Source: Phoronis australis
Taxonomy: Eukaryota > Animalia > Phoronida
Direction: 5' to 3'
Assembly (NCBI GenBank): GCA_002633005.1
Contig: NMRA01000492.1
Location: 209,418 to 273,417, forward strand
DNA: 64,000 bases
Both the position numbers and the translations under genes were made by a program. Each line of letters opens with the position of its first letter. The stretch's first letter is position 1. Shown one piece after another: positions 10,907 through 23,507 of this stretch. The notes beneath the pieces were generated by a model. It was given only the letters and a program-made list of their open reading frames with translations. It made no database searches and had not been told where the DNA came from.

Positions 10907-13900
10907 CAGGCCCGTATAAAGGAAAAAATATGGGGGGGCACATACCAATTTGACTTCACCAACCTACCACCTTGCTATCGTCACGCCNNNNNCCCCCCCC
11001 CCGTTCTCTGGATGTCACCATATTTGTACCGAACCCCACCCCCCCACGTCCGGGTATGCAGCCATCAGGATTTGAGTAGCCATGAACGGAGAGTAAGAAT
11101 GCGTCTAGGCCCCGAGCGCACTGACGGGTAGCTGGGAGCAGCCTGATGTAACTATAGCTGGGTCGAAGGACAAGGTTCCTTTGATTATGATCCATTTTAG
11201 GGAAAACTTCATTTTATTATGGGGATTCTTCGAAATAATTCTTGGAAAGGTGACGTCTCGAGGTGCCTGGTATGAGTGCCTTTGTGGCCGTTTCAGAATC
11301 CTTTGATGAAACACAGGCGGTAGTCCAGTTTCTGGTTGCTGGGGAAAATGATACAGAGTGTGTCCCAAAAATGTACACACTTCAACGTCTGGGGTTCAAA
11401 ATCAGTTCCCGTGAGTAACTGAGATTCTAAGCAGGATTACTGCATGGTTACACCTTATTTTTAACGTGGGTATACCTGTCATGACATCCTCCGTGCGTGC
11501 GCTCATCGAGGGGGGTCTCGGGGGACTCGATGGCAAAGTAGGCAAAAAGGTCAGCCTCCGAGAAATAAAATATCCGAGAAAAACGAGACAAAAGTCCACT
11601 AAAAAGGCAGGATATGGCGTATGCACAGTTCATAGACCTGAACAAAGATCGTATTTGTTTTTTTTTCTTTAGTAAAAGGTCCACATCCTCAAAAATTCGA
11701 GCCCCCTTAATTTTAGGCTGGATGCTCGCACGCCCTCTGTGTAGTATGCACGGTAAATGCAAGCAAACGATTCAGTTTTGAAGAACAAAAATTCATTGCG
11801 CAATACTTCTGGAAACTAAAAACATCGAAGAAGTCCAAAGACAACCTTTCCAAGTTGATGACCAATAACTTTGATTTTATTTATTTAAGTACCTAAACTA
11901 CGGTTTGTAAACTTATACCCAGTAATCTAATTCCTAAGCCAATAAACAGTTTATTGTCATTGTGAGAACATTTTAGGACACATTGTTGAGTTGTCCGAAA
12001 TTCACCAATTTCCTCGAGACTTATTTCAGATAGACAGAAACCGTTAAGTGTACTTTTATATTTTGGGATCTGATGATAGGTTCGAATTTTCCCAATGTCG
12101 GCCTGCAATTAAATGCATTGAAGTATTGTAATTTCTTACAAGATTAGCTTCTAAATGTCAAAAAAATCATCCCTCAATCAGTCCACTTTCGTAGATACTT
12201 AAACATGTAAATCAGAAACCAACAATCAAATCCATGAGCAATGCGTTTACCTTGATTTAATGACTTAATTTCTTTTTAATCCCCTGTTAGTGACTGTAAA
12301 CAAAAAATCTTGTACCGAAGTAAAAAGCAATACATTTATTGTCATTTTAATTTTGAGTAAATTTTTTGGGAAGTGTCCAAATTTCATCAATGTTTTTGAG
12401 AGTTATTTTAGACAGGAAAAAAAGTCCAAGTGGACTTTACTATTTGGGGATCTGATTATAGATTTTTTTCCATATCGTCATCATTTCTTAAAAGATTAGC
12501 TTCTAATTGCCAAAAATCATCAATTAACCTGTCGGTTTTCGTAGATACAATAAACATGTAAATCAGAAACCAACGAATTTGTTTATCAAAACGGAATGTT
12601 ATAAGCAATTTCCGCATGCATGCTCGCAGACTTTTGACGGGTAACCGGGGGAATATGGGGATTGGGCATTCATAGTGAGGTGTATTTTTGCTCTTTCCGA
12701 GGTATCTATAACGGTTCACGAAATTAACTTGACCTCAGAAAAACGCTGAAATATTTGTTTAATTTGTTTATTATTGCGAGTATTTGGGTACACTCGTTCG
12801 ACATGGACACGGTCACCCCAATGATAGCCTCGATAGCATTGTTTTCTACATGAGGGAATTCCTTACAAACAACTCATAGTAACCATCTTCAAAAGAGATA
12901 CTATTTTTGTGATAATATGGGAAACAGTAACATTATTTTACAACTAACCATCGGAAATAGTCCTTTTTTTATTAACAAACAACGGTCTTCACTTTCTTTA
13001 AAATTCCTGACTCCCTTTCGATTGCGGTCAATCCTATTGTATTTTTTCAAATATTTTTGGTTGTTTGGCTCGAATGTCTTGATACTGCTGTGCTGAGCAT
13101 AAATGTTTTGTGTTTTTTTGATGAATTTCGAATCACAACTTCCCTCGTCAATACTTGGCAGTGTCGGATTTACATGTTAAGAGGAACAAAAAGACATTTC
13201 TTCGAACTGCTCCACCGAGAGAGGGTCCCGTCTGAAATGGGACACCCTAATTATGAAAGGCTAAACATCATTAAGCTTGGAAAGAGTGACAGTTCATTCC
13301 ACCGTGGAGTGGTTAGACGACGGTGCCGGAAGTGACCTTCTTCAACATGAAAGTTGGTTGCACGATTTCACAAAAGCAGGAAAATAGAAGTAATCGAATC
13401 CAACATTGGGTCGTCTCTCCGTGAGCTTACCCTTAAGAATTTGTCAATAGAAATATAAAAGCTGTGGTCACTTGAATGTCATCAATGGCCTCCTTCAGAC
13501 GTGGGGCCCCTCTATGTGAAAATATCTAGTATATTTTCAAAAATCAAGAAATGTGCAGCAATTGATGATATCTGTCAGGTCATCAATTTTTCTCAATTGA
13601 TATACAATTCGAGAAAAAAAAGAGACAGTTGTCTCCGTTATCCTTTGCCAGAGAGGGGCCTCTGGAAAAATATGGTTTTGCAGTCGGAAAATTGACTTAC
13701 TGAAATTAAAAATCCAGTAAATTAATACGCTCCGCAAAAGCTTCGCTTTACAAATTTTCTCGATTTTTCGAAAGGTGTGTATGAATAATTACGTGCACGT
13801 TTCAAAGTGCGTATAGACGACCTGTGCTGTGAAAGCGGAGACCCCAACAACAATGTCATGGCCAGGGTCCTCAAAAGGTAAACCATTCACTGCTGATACA

Positions 13901-14056
13901 GAGTTGTTAAATGTTCACTTGATTTTCCTCTCTTATCCGCATTCAGCAGTCTTTCTTTCTCGACTGTCTCCGCCCCACGCGTCGGTTGCCACGGTTTAAC
14001 CCTAACGCTTGAAAATTTTTGGGGGTTCCGTGCCCCCCCCCCNTCCTACGGTCTTG
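10907..14056 (-). mobile_element. Decayed hAT-like DNA transposon, copy 1
   Basis: Imperfect TIR-like ends caggcccgta..gggggg / cccccc..cctacggtcttg. Minus-strand relic (~12680-13700) with hAT-like remnants in the expected order: FLDF, HSSDH (cf. HCxxH), TPRWNE (cf. TRW), EFPHV...GVTVSMSNE...FLRSS (cf. dimerisation domain). Many stops and frameshifts; no 8-bp TSD seen. Confidence 0.6.
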
Positions 14057-14436
14057 ATATTGGCTGAGAATTCCATGTTCCGTCCTTTCAAACTGCACCG
14101 GCATTCTTAATGATAACGTTCCTTTCGCATGAAAGCACCTTTTACCAGGCCCGTAGGAAGGAAAAATTATTGGGGGGGAGGGTGGCACAAACCAATTTGA
14201 CTTCGCCAACCTACCCCCTTGCTATCGCCACCCCCTCCCCCCAGCCGTTCTCTGGATGTCACCAAATTTGTACCGACACTCCCCTCACCCCCCACGTCCG
14301 CCGTAGGTGGGGGTAATGCCGGGGATGCAGTAATCACGATTTGAGTAACCGTGAACCAACAAAGTTTCACGGAGAGTAAGAATGGGTCTAAGTCCAGCGC
14401 ACTGACGGGTAGTTGGGAACTGCCTGATGTAATTAA

Positions 14437-16011
14437 AGGAGCATGCCACCCAAAAAACAACCTAATTTGTATCAATTTAGATCGAGTAGTTCTACTCCAT
14501 AACAACACGTACGGTTGCGTTACCTGACACCTAACGGTAGACGGAGGTGTTGAAATTATCCAATGACGTCATCGGTTTCACACGCTGTCTGTTCACCAGT
14601 TCACAACACGGGTTACTGGTGCCAGCTTATCGCTTGAAGTCATCGTTTAACACCAATAAATCATCAAACTTCGATGTAAAATCCTTAAAAATACACCAAG
14701 TTCTTATAAAAACGTGTTGTTTTATTTCGATCTTTCGGATTTATTGGTATTTGGACACACCGTAGCCTACAAAGTTCGGCAGGCCAATGTCCGTAGCAGG
14801 AGATCTGTGTTGTTTAAACTTGTGATTTTTTGAGTTCTAAACCCAAAACGCTTGTTATCCTAGCCAGTGGCTCGAAGCCCGATCAGGCCCGCCGGCCAGT
14901 GGCTCGGAAACTGATCAGACATCACGAAAATAAACCAGCCAAAGCTAAACTTCCAGTCAAGAAAATACTATACTTGTGAGCCAAAGTAATGTGCACGTGA
15001 TTATGTTGGTGAATTAGCCACGAAACTTCAAATTTACTTACTCGTCGGGGGCCGCGAATTCAGGTTCCGCTTTGGCCACAGCACCGTCAGGGCAGAAGTT
15101 GTACATTGACAATCATTATTTGAGTAATGTAAATGTAAATAAAGATTCCCCTAACACCTGGCCGTGGGATGGAAATCGAGTTGTTTCACAACAGTTTCTG
15201 CCAGCAAACACTAAATTAGCATGAGCTCACACGGCCTCGGTGTCCCGTCAATTAGTTTTATTGCCCCTAAAGCCGGTAACGCAGTGATTTATTCATTGCT
15301 GGCTTCTCAAATCATTTGCACTCACGAACACTCCAAAGGCATTGCAAGTTGCATCTAATGAGACAGACTTTGTTTCAGTTTTATATATGTATTGGTTAGG
15401 GTGAGAATAATTCATTTCGAAACAGAACGCTCAGCAATAAACTGGCGCCAACATGGCAACTCGCAATCCCGACTTAGGACGAGCTAGAGCTCATCAGTCC
15501 CGACTTCGCAGGTGGATCGTTAAGTTTTACAGGCTATTAATTCGAACAGGAATACAGTGATGAAGAAGTACTAGAGAGGCGCCGTGAACAAGCTCAGACA
15601 ACGGAACGAATGGAGTTATTTGGTAAGCCGGCATTCGTCAGGCACTTTCGACGTCTGCAGGCACAGACACGGAGAAGTTTCACGGCCTCATACTTGCTAT
15701 TTACAGCGTACATTTCATTCTTCACTACCACGATCCACTTCCTAAACATTTCGGACTCTCGAGGAAGTAAAAAAACGATATACCCGCTTTCCTCGCAGCT
15801 GCTTAGTTCGGACAAGCGGGAACGATGCACCGCAACATAGCGGCATTCACTCTGCATATGAACCACTGACGTCGCTAGCTTCGTTTCTCACCTTCCTCAC
15901 AGGTTAACGCGACACCTCTTGGCAAGGTGAGGTCGACCGCATGCGAGGCGATGTGGATATAGACCGATTAAGACGGCAAAAAAGACTAATCAAATCGGGT
16001 GGCATTCTCCT
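14437..16011 (+). mobile_element. Non-autonomous Kolobok-like DNA transposon, copy 1
   Basis: TTAA on both sides (14433-14436, 16012-16015) and TIRs aggagcatgccaccc / gggtggcattctcct. Carries a degenerate THAP-like segment on the - strand (15594-15866) and a Y.FEQEYSDEE segment on the + strand. The empty site is visible in the other hAT copy (gcctgatgtaactatagctggg, ~11141-11162). Confidence 0.8.
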
Positions 16012-18120
16012 TTAAGCTGGGTTCCAACAGTGGATTCGTACCTATTCTTCTGCTATGGGTTGAAAGTCAAGGTTTATTTTATTATGATACAGTTTCGGGG
16101 AAAACTTCAATTTATTATAGCCATTTTTGAAGTAATATTTTTGGAAAGGTGAGGTCCCGATGTGCCTGGTATGAGTGCCTTTCTGGCCGTTTCAGAATCC
16201 CTACCGGTAGTCTAATTTGTTCTGGTTGCTGGGGGAAATGATACAGAGTGTGTCCCAAAAATGTACAAACTTCAACGTCTGGAGTTCAAATTCAGTTTCC
16301 GTGGGTAACTGATATTCTACACAGACCTACTACATCGTTACATCTGATTTCTAACGTGGGCATGTGCCAGTCATGACGTGCTCCGTGGATGCGCGCACCC
16401 ATAAAGGGGGGCTGGACTCGGGGGACCCGAACGATCCCTCCCCCCCCATTTGGTAAAGTGGGCAAAAAGGTCCGCCTCAAAGAAACAAAAAGTCAAAGAA
16501 AAACGAGACAAAGGTCTACTAAGGCAGGAATTCGGCGTATGCACAATTCATAGCCCTGAATAAGCTGCGTATTCCGTTTATTTTTCTTTAGTAAAATGTC
16601 CATCCCAAAAAATTCGAGCTTTCTTATATTTTAGGCTGGGCGCGCATGCCGTGTGTGCAGTATGCACGGGAAATGCAATCAAAAGATTCAGTTTTGAAGA
16701 ACAAAATTCATTGCGCAATACTATTGGAAACTAAAAACATCAAGGAAGTGCAGAGAGAACCTTTCCAATTTGATGACGAATGACTTAGATTTTATTTGTT
16801 TAAGTACTTAAACGTCTTAGTTTTTCGATCTGCGGTTTGTAAACTTAAACCTAGTAATCTAGTTCCCAAGCCAAGACACAATTTACTGTCATTCAAAGTG
16901 TGAGAACATTTTGGGACACTTTGTAGAGCTGTCCGAAATTCATCAATTTCCTTGAGATTTATTTCAGATAGACAAAAATCATTTAGTGTGCTTTTATACT
17001 TGGGGATCTGATGATAGATCGAAATTTCCCAGTGTCGGCCTGCAACTAAGTTCATTGAAGCATTGTCATTTCTTACAAGACTAGATTCTAATTGTAAGAA
17101 AATCAGCTCTTAATCAGTCCATTTTCATAAACAGGTAAAACAGAAACCACTAATCAAATCCATGAACAATGCGCTTACCTGGATTTAAGGAGTTTAAATT
17201 CATTTTTGATCCCCTGTTACTGAGTTTAAACAACAATACTTGTACCGAAGGCAAAAAAGAAATGCATTTATTGTCATTTGAATTGTGAGTAAATTTTGGG
17301 AAGTGTCCAAATTTCATCAATGTCCCTGAGAATTATTTTAGATAGGCAAAAAGCGTCCAAGCGCACTTTACTATTGGGGGATCGGATTATACTAAATTTT
17401 TTTTCCATATTCAGGCAGCTTCAACTTAATTCCCTGAATCGTAATCATTTCTTAAAAGACTAGCTTGTAACTGCCAAAAATCCTCTATTAACTTGTCAGT
17501 TTTCGTAGATACATAAACATGTAAATCAGAAACCAACGAATTTGTTGACCAAAACGGAATGTTATAAGCACTTTCCGCAGACATAGACCCTATTCACGCC
17601 GACAGGAGGCGCGTTCCAAAACGAGGCTCGCTACGATAGCTCTGGTGGCTTATCGCGTAGTTGTACTCCGCGTTGCTAGAACACAGCTAGAAAAAATAAG
17701 GACACTCTGTTTTACAATCCCTAAGGACGTTGGGATACGGAAGCGTTGGGTCCTTGCCATACGCCGCGACGAAGGAAAATATGTCCGTGTAAAATTTATA
17801 ACTGTTTTCGAATCATAATTTGTCGCATCTCGGACTGGATGCCGCCATAGCAACGAGGACCGGAGAATCTTCGGCCAGCCAGGCTAGTATGTTTTCATGA
17901 CTATGGGTTGAAGTGCGATGCATTTTTCTTTACAAAAAAGGACAGGCCCCCCAATCCCTCAATTTTGGGGCCAAATATCGGCCCTATTCCTCTCTCAAAA
18001 ATATTGAAAATCACGCGAAATTCCCGGCCACGAAGGCCTAAAAATCTCCTTTGAAAATTTCTCTCCAACGGTTCAAATCACCTGTGACCACAGAGGTGAC
18101 AATTTGAAAAAATACAAAAT

Positions 18121-18446
18121 CATAGGCGGATTTAGGGTAGGGGGGCAGGGGGCCCGCCCCCCCCCCCCCTTGACTGCCGCAAGCAAAATCAGTGAAGCGG
18201 GAGGACTGCCGAACTTGTACTGAGCCTCGACTAGGACCGCGGTAGCGGACGAGGGGGAAAAAACGTTCTGTTTATTTTTTTTAGTCCAACGACAGATTTC
18301 CTGAGCAGAAGGTATACATCCTCGGCGCCCGCAACTTCCGGGCCGCCTACATGCCAGTGCATACAATCGCGCTTTGCCCGCTTCTCCGAGGATGTCGGGC
18401 CCCCCCGGCCTCACTAGGCCAATGGTAATCCTAAATCAGCCACTGA
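18121..18446. mobile_element. MITE of the cagtggcggat...atccgccactg type
   Basis: Ends cataggcggatttagg / cctaaatcagccactg with G/C runs. Related ends occur at ~550-637, 18653-18821 and ~55746-55890. Confidence 0.55.
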
Positions 18447-19054
18447 AAATGCTTCTTGAGACAGAGCTATGAGAGCTTGCAAAAGGGCGGGGTGCTATTG
18501 ATGGTGATCGGGAGGTCAGTAGAGTTTTCACTGACCCGTCACTCGGCGAAACGTTCCCCTCTCAGAACTGAGGCCGCACACACATGAGGCACCTTACCCC
18601 TCGACCGGATATGAACGAAGCCTCTGAAGAAACATGATAACTATGCTTGTTCCAGGGGGGATCCAGGACTTTGAGTTGGGGGGGGGCAAGGCAGAGTATT
18701 AGCCAGGATTTTGCCCGTGAGAATTTCGCCCTGCTGGAACTGCCAAGTGGAATCTGGGAGAATTTTAGGGGAGTGGGGGACTGGTGCATAGCCCCTTGGC
18801 TCCCCTCTAAATCCGCCACTGTGTTCAGTCCAGTTAATTGAAATTGAGGTCTAAAATGAGGTTATGCTTTGGATGAAAGAATTTGGTGTTTTAATTTTAA
18901 AATTCAACTCGGTCGAAATTGATATTTGAAAAATATAACACATGAAAAAGACGTAATTATTAAAACCAAGAAAGCAGAATTGATGGTCATGTAATTTTTA
19001 TTTTCAATTGCGAGCCTGGTTTTTTATCCTAATCAAAATATATATTTAATAAAT

Positions 19055-19158
19055 ATAGATTATTACATGGCGAAGTCGTTATCCCCCGTTATCTAGAGCC
19101 CTAATCCACGAGGGCTCTAGATAAAGGGGATAACGACTGAGAACATGTAATAATCTAT
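19055..19158. repeat. Palindromic (fold-back) repeat
   Basis: atagattattacatg..agtcgttatccc..ttatctagagccct [loop] agggctctagataa.gggataacgact..catgtaataatctat. Confidence 0.8.
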
Positions 19159-19674
19159 TTATACCACATACTGAACGAGAAACATTGCAATGAATCGATC
19201 TACCTTCCTCGACTCGCCTCGGCTTTGTAACTACTTTCTATGTCAAAGGCCCAGAGTCGGAGGTCGTGACCTTTTAAGAAAAGCCGAGATATTTTTGTAA
19301 AATAATGCTTTTAATCAAAACCAATTGAAAAATAAAACAAAATAGAAATAAAGCGAATCTATAAATTAATGTTTAGCAACTGTTATAGCTTACTACACAT
19401 TTTATCACGCTAAGCTTTGACCGGGAATATATCGTCTGCTAAAGTAGGTTACCACTAGTAACTGACTATAATGCTCAAGTCAAAGGATCCCGACCACACG
19501 ACACCTGCATTCAAATTGGAGATCGGTGATTTACAAGTGAGAGAACACCAGAGAGAAATTTCACAGAATTAAAATATCGTTTTTATGGAAATTATGCGTC
19601 TTATTTTTCATAGCGTATAATTGTCGGTGCAATGCCCTTTGCTGAACATGTGATTGTTGCACGTACTCATTTAA

Positions 19675-21319
19675 AGGCTAATGCCACCCGATTTAATTAG
19701 TCTTTTTTGCCGTCTTAATCGGTCTATTTCCACATCACCTAGCATACGGCCGACCTTACCTTGCCAAGAGGTGTCGCGTTAACCTGTGAGGAAGGTGAGA
19801 AACGACGCTAGCGACGTCAGTGGTTCATATGCAGAGTGAATGCCGCTATGTTGCGGTGTACCGTTCCCGCTTGATCGAACTAAGCAGCCGCGAGGAAAGC
19901 GAGTATATCGTTTTTTTACTTCCTCGAGAGTCCAAAATGCTTAGGAAGTGGCTCATGGTAGTGAAGAATGAAATGTACGCTGTAAATAGCAAGTATGAGG
20001 TGGTGAAACATCTCCGTGTCTGTGGCCTGCAGACGACGTCGACAGTGCCTCACGAATGCCGGCTTACCAAATAACTCCATACGTTCCGTTGTCTGAGCTT
20101 GTTCACGGCGCCTCTCTAGTACTTCTTCATCACTGTATTCCTGTTCGAATTGATAGCCTGTAAAACTTAACGATCCACCTGCGAAGTCGGGATTCACGAG
20201 CCGCTCTAGCTCGGTCCTAAGTCGGGATTGCGAGTTGCCATGTTGGCGTTTATTACTGAGCGTTCTGTTTCAAAATGAATTATTCTCACCCTAACCAATA
20301 CTTATATAAAACTGAAACAAAGTCTGTCTCATTAGATGCAATTTATAAAGCCTTTGGAGTGTTCGTGAGTGCACGAAATGATTTGAGAAGCCAGCAATGA
20401 ATAAATCACTGCGTTACCGGCTTCGGGTACAATAAAACTAATTGACGGCAGAAACTTTTGTGAAACAAGTCGATTTCCACCCCACGACCAGGTGTTAGGG
20501 GAATCTTTTATTTACATTTACACTACTCAAACAATGATTGTAAATGTATAACTTCTGCCCTGACGGTGCTGTGGCCAAAGCGGAACTGAATTCGCGGCCC
20601 CCGAGGGGTAAGTAGATTTGCAGTTTCGTGGCTAATTCACCAACATAATCACGTGCACATTACTTTGGCTCACTAGTATAGTATTTTCTTGACTGGAATT
20701 TTAGTTTCCATTGAACTTTGGCTGGTTTGTTCGTGATGTCTGATCAGTTTTCGCTGGAGCCACTGGTCGGGATAACGAGTCAATCCGGCCGGCCGCGACG
20801 GGCCTGATCGGGCTCTGAGCCACTGGCCAGGATAACAAGCGTTTTGTGTTTAGAACTCAGAAAATCACAAGTCTAAACAACACAGATCTAGGTTCTCCTG
20901 TCTGTATCTCACGGAAAATACTTCGAAATTATCTCCGAACACACCCCAAACTCCTGCTACGGACCTTATTGGCCTGCCGAACTTTGTACGCTACGGTGTG
21001 TCCAAATACCAATAAATCCTTAAGAGCGAAATAAAACAACACGTTTTTGTAAGAAATCGGTGTATTTTTAAGAGTTTTACATCGAAGTTTGATGATTTAT
21101 TGGTGCTAAACGATGATTCCAAGCGATAAGCTGACACCAGTAACCCGTGTTGTGAACTGCTGAACAGAATGCGTGTGAAACCGATGACGTAATTGGATAA
21201 TTTCAACACCTCCGTCTGCCGTCAGGTGTCAGGTAACGCAACCGCACTTGTCGTTATGGAGTAGAACTACGCGATCTAAATTGATACAAATTAGGTTGTT
21301 TTTTGGGTGGCATGCTCCT
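19675..21319 (-). mobile_element. Non-autonomous Kolobok-like DNA transposon, copy 2 (inverted relative to copy 1)
   Basis: TTAA flanks (19671-19674, 21320-21323). Reverse complement of 14437-16011 along its whole length; ORFs 19820-20074 and 19916-20197 mirror those in copy 1. Confidence 0.8.
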
Positions 21320-21351
21320 TTAAGTATTCTATTTTACGTTCTATGACGTCA

Positions 21352-21424
21352 GCCGCTGATAGGTGTAGTGGTAAAGTCGGCGACTCGCAACTGTTGAGGC
21401 CCGGGTTCGACTCCGTCCTCGGTT
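21352..21424 (+). pseudogene. tRNA-derived SINE head or tRNA pseudogene
   Basis: A-box-like taggtgtagtgg and B-box ggttcgactcc at tRNA-like spacing. The acceptor stem pairs poorly. Confidence 0.5.
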
Positions 21425-23396
21425 TCCCGCCAAAACGTTATCTCACTAGTGAAATAACTTTATGGGTTATTACACGGTTGTATCTGCCATTCGAGGCTAA
21501 TATTGTGGTATAACATCAAGTATTATTTCCGATCAATGACAAATCAACTGTTAGTCCCGGTAGTGCCTAGGCTATGCTTGAAGCTAATATGCCTACTCTT
21601 GATCAACAAATTAAACCAGATGAGACTTATTGCACATGACATCAAAATTCCATGATCCACCACTGTCGAATATATCTTAAACTCGTCAACAATACGACCA
21701 GATGACCTGGTTCGTGTAGAAAGCATTTTTATCAAGAATTTATTAGAAGAAACGTAACCCTGCATTCAGCATGATACCTAATCCGTAACACTACGATCGC
21801 TGCAACTTGGTCATGTTTAGTTTTCATGTTTCGAACCTAATTTTCCGGAAAAAAACTATATCCTTTCGTCAGACAACTCTTTGGTGCATTGACTTGTTCT
21901 TTAAGTGTATTTTCCTACGTCTCTGTGGTTAATTATTGACACATTTTTTTAAGATTTAATATTCAGGTTGGACTCCAAAGACCGGCCATTTAACTCACAC
22001 AATGTAAATTTTCGCTTTGTTTATCGCAGTGAGACCCGCTTTGGATTTTAATGTTCGCCGCGTGAATAGACTCTATGCTCGCAGATTTTTGACGGGAAAC
22101 AGGGGGGGGGGGATTGGAGACAGCGTATTCCTATTAAGGAATATTTTTGCTCATTTCCGAGATACCTATTGCGGTTCACGAGTTGAACTTGACCTCAGAA
22201 AAAGCTAAAGTATTTCTTTATCATAGCGAGTATTTGAGTACACTTGGTCGACATGTACACGGTCACCCCAATGGTAGCCTCGACAGCAGTGTTTTCCACA
22301 TGTGATAATTCCTTACCAACAACTCATAGAAACCATTTTAGTAACCATTTTCAAAAGCGATACTATTCTTGTGATACTATGGGAAACAGTAACTTTGTTC
22401 TGTTACTAACCATCAGAAATAGTCCTTTTGTGTTATTACCAAATAGCGGTCTTCACATTCTTCAAAATTCCACCCTTTCGATGGCGGTCAACCTCTTGTA
22501 TTTTTTCATCTTTTGGTTGTTTGGGTCGAATGTCTTGATACTGCTGTGCTATGCACGAATGTTTTGTGTTTATTGATGAATCTCAACTTCTGTCGTGAAA
22601 ACTAGACAGTGTCGGATTTACATGTATAGAGGGACAAAGGGACATTTCTCCGAACAGCTCCACCGAGAGAAGGGCCCGCCTGAAATAGGACACCCTAATT
22701 ATGAAAGGCTAAACATCATTCAGCTTGGAAAAGAGTGTCAGTTCATTCCACCGTCGTGTGGTCACAAGACTTTGCAGGAAGTGACCTTCCTCAACATGAA
22801 AGTCGGTTGCACGATTTCACAATTAAACAGGAAATTAGACGTAATCGAGTCCAACTCTGGGCCCTCTCTCCGTGAGTGGACCCTTAAGAATTTGTCAATA
22901 ACAACATAAAAAGGTGGCCACTTGAATGTCATCAATGGCCTTCTTCAAGAGTGGGGCCCCTCAATATGAAAATATCTGTATTTTTAAAAAGCAAGAAATG
23001 TGAAGCAATTGATGATATTTGTCAGATCATCAACTTTTTCAAGTGATATACAATTTGAGAAAAAGTTACAGTTATCTCCGTTATGGCTTGCATGAAAGGG
23101 GCGTCTGGAAAAATGTTGTTTTGCAGTCGCAAAATTGGCTTATTGAATTTAAAAATCCAGTAAATTAATACGCTCCTCAAAGCGGCTTCGTTTTATAACT
23201 TTTTTCGAGTTTTCGAAATATATGCATGAATCATTGCGTGCACATTTTCAAGTGCGTTTAGACAACCTGTGCTGCGAAACCGGAGACCGCAATAACAATG
23301 TCCTGGCCAGGGTCCTCAAAAGGTAAACAATGCAGTGATACAGAGGTGTTAAATATACAGACGCTGAGGTTGGCCATTAATGAAATATATCAAATT

Positions 23397-23507
23397 AACA
23401 CAGAAAAATCAGGAAACACAACTGGGAATCGAACCACAGGTCTATAGACAGGCAATCTAGAGACCTGTGGTTCGATTCCCACTTGGGGTTCCTGATTTTT
23501 CTGTGTT
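23397..23507. repeat. Near-perfect palindrome built from tRNA/SINE-like sequence
   Basis: aacacagaaaaatcaggaa..tgggaatcgaaccacaggtct.taga [caggcaa] tcta.agacctgtggttcgattccca..ttcctgatttttctgtgtt; contains the B-box ggttcgattcc. Confidence 0.8.

Larger units (their letters stand above)
17585..22074. mobile_element. TIR element with 2-bp AT target duplication (ISL2EU/PIF-Harbinger-group-like, non-autonomous), containing nested repeats
   Basis: Left end agaccctattcacgc...tccaaaacgaggctcgctacgata matches the reverse complement of the right end agagtctattcacgc...tccaaagcgggtctcactgcgata. Flanked by AT at 17583-17584 and 22075-22076. Empty site tccgcatgcatgctcgcag at ~12611-12629. The superfamily assignment is an inference. 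Confidence 0.65.

Noticed and set aside
13057-13335. Plus-strand ORF conserved with 22595-22909
   Set aside because: Best explained as the antisense shadow of the decayed hAT transposase; similarity comes from the element duplication and the frames diverge between copies.
21352-21424. Functional tRNA gene
   Set aside because: A and B boxes are present, but the acceptor and anticodon stems pair poorly and it lies inside nested TEs; treated as a SINE head or pseudogene.
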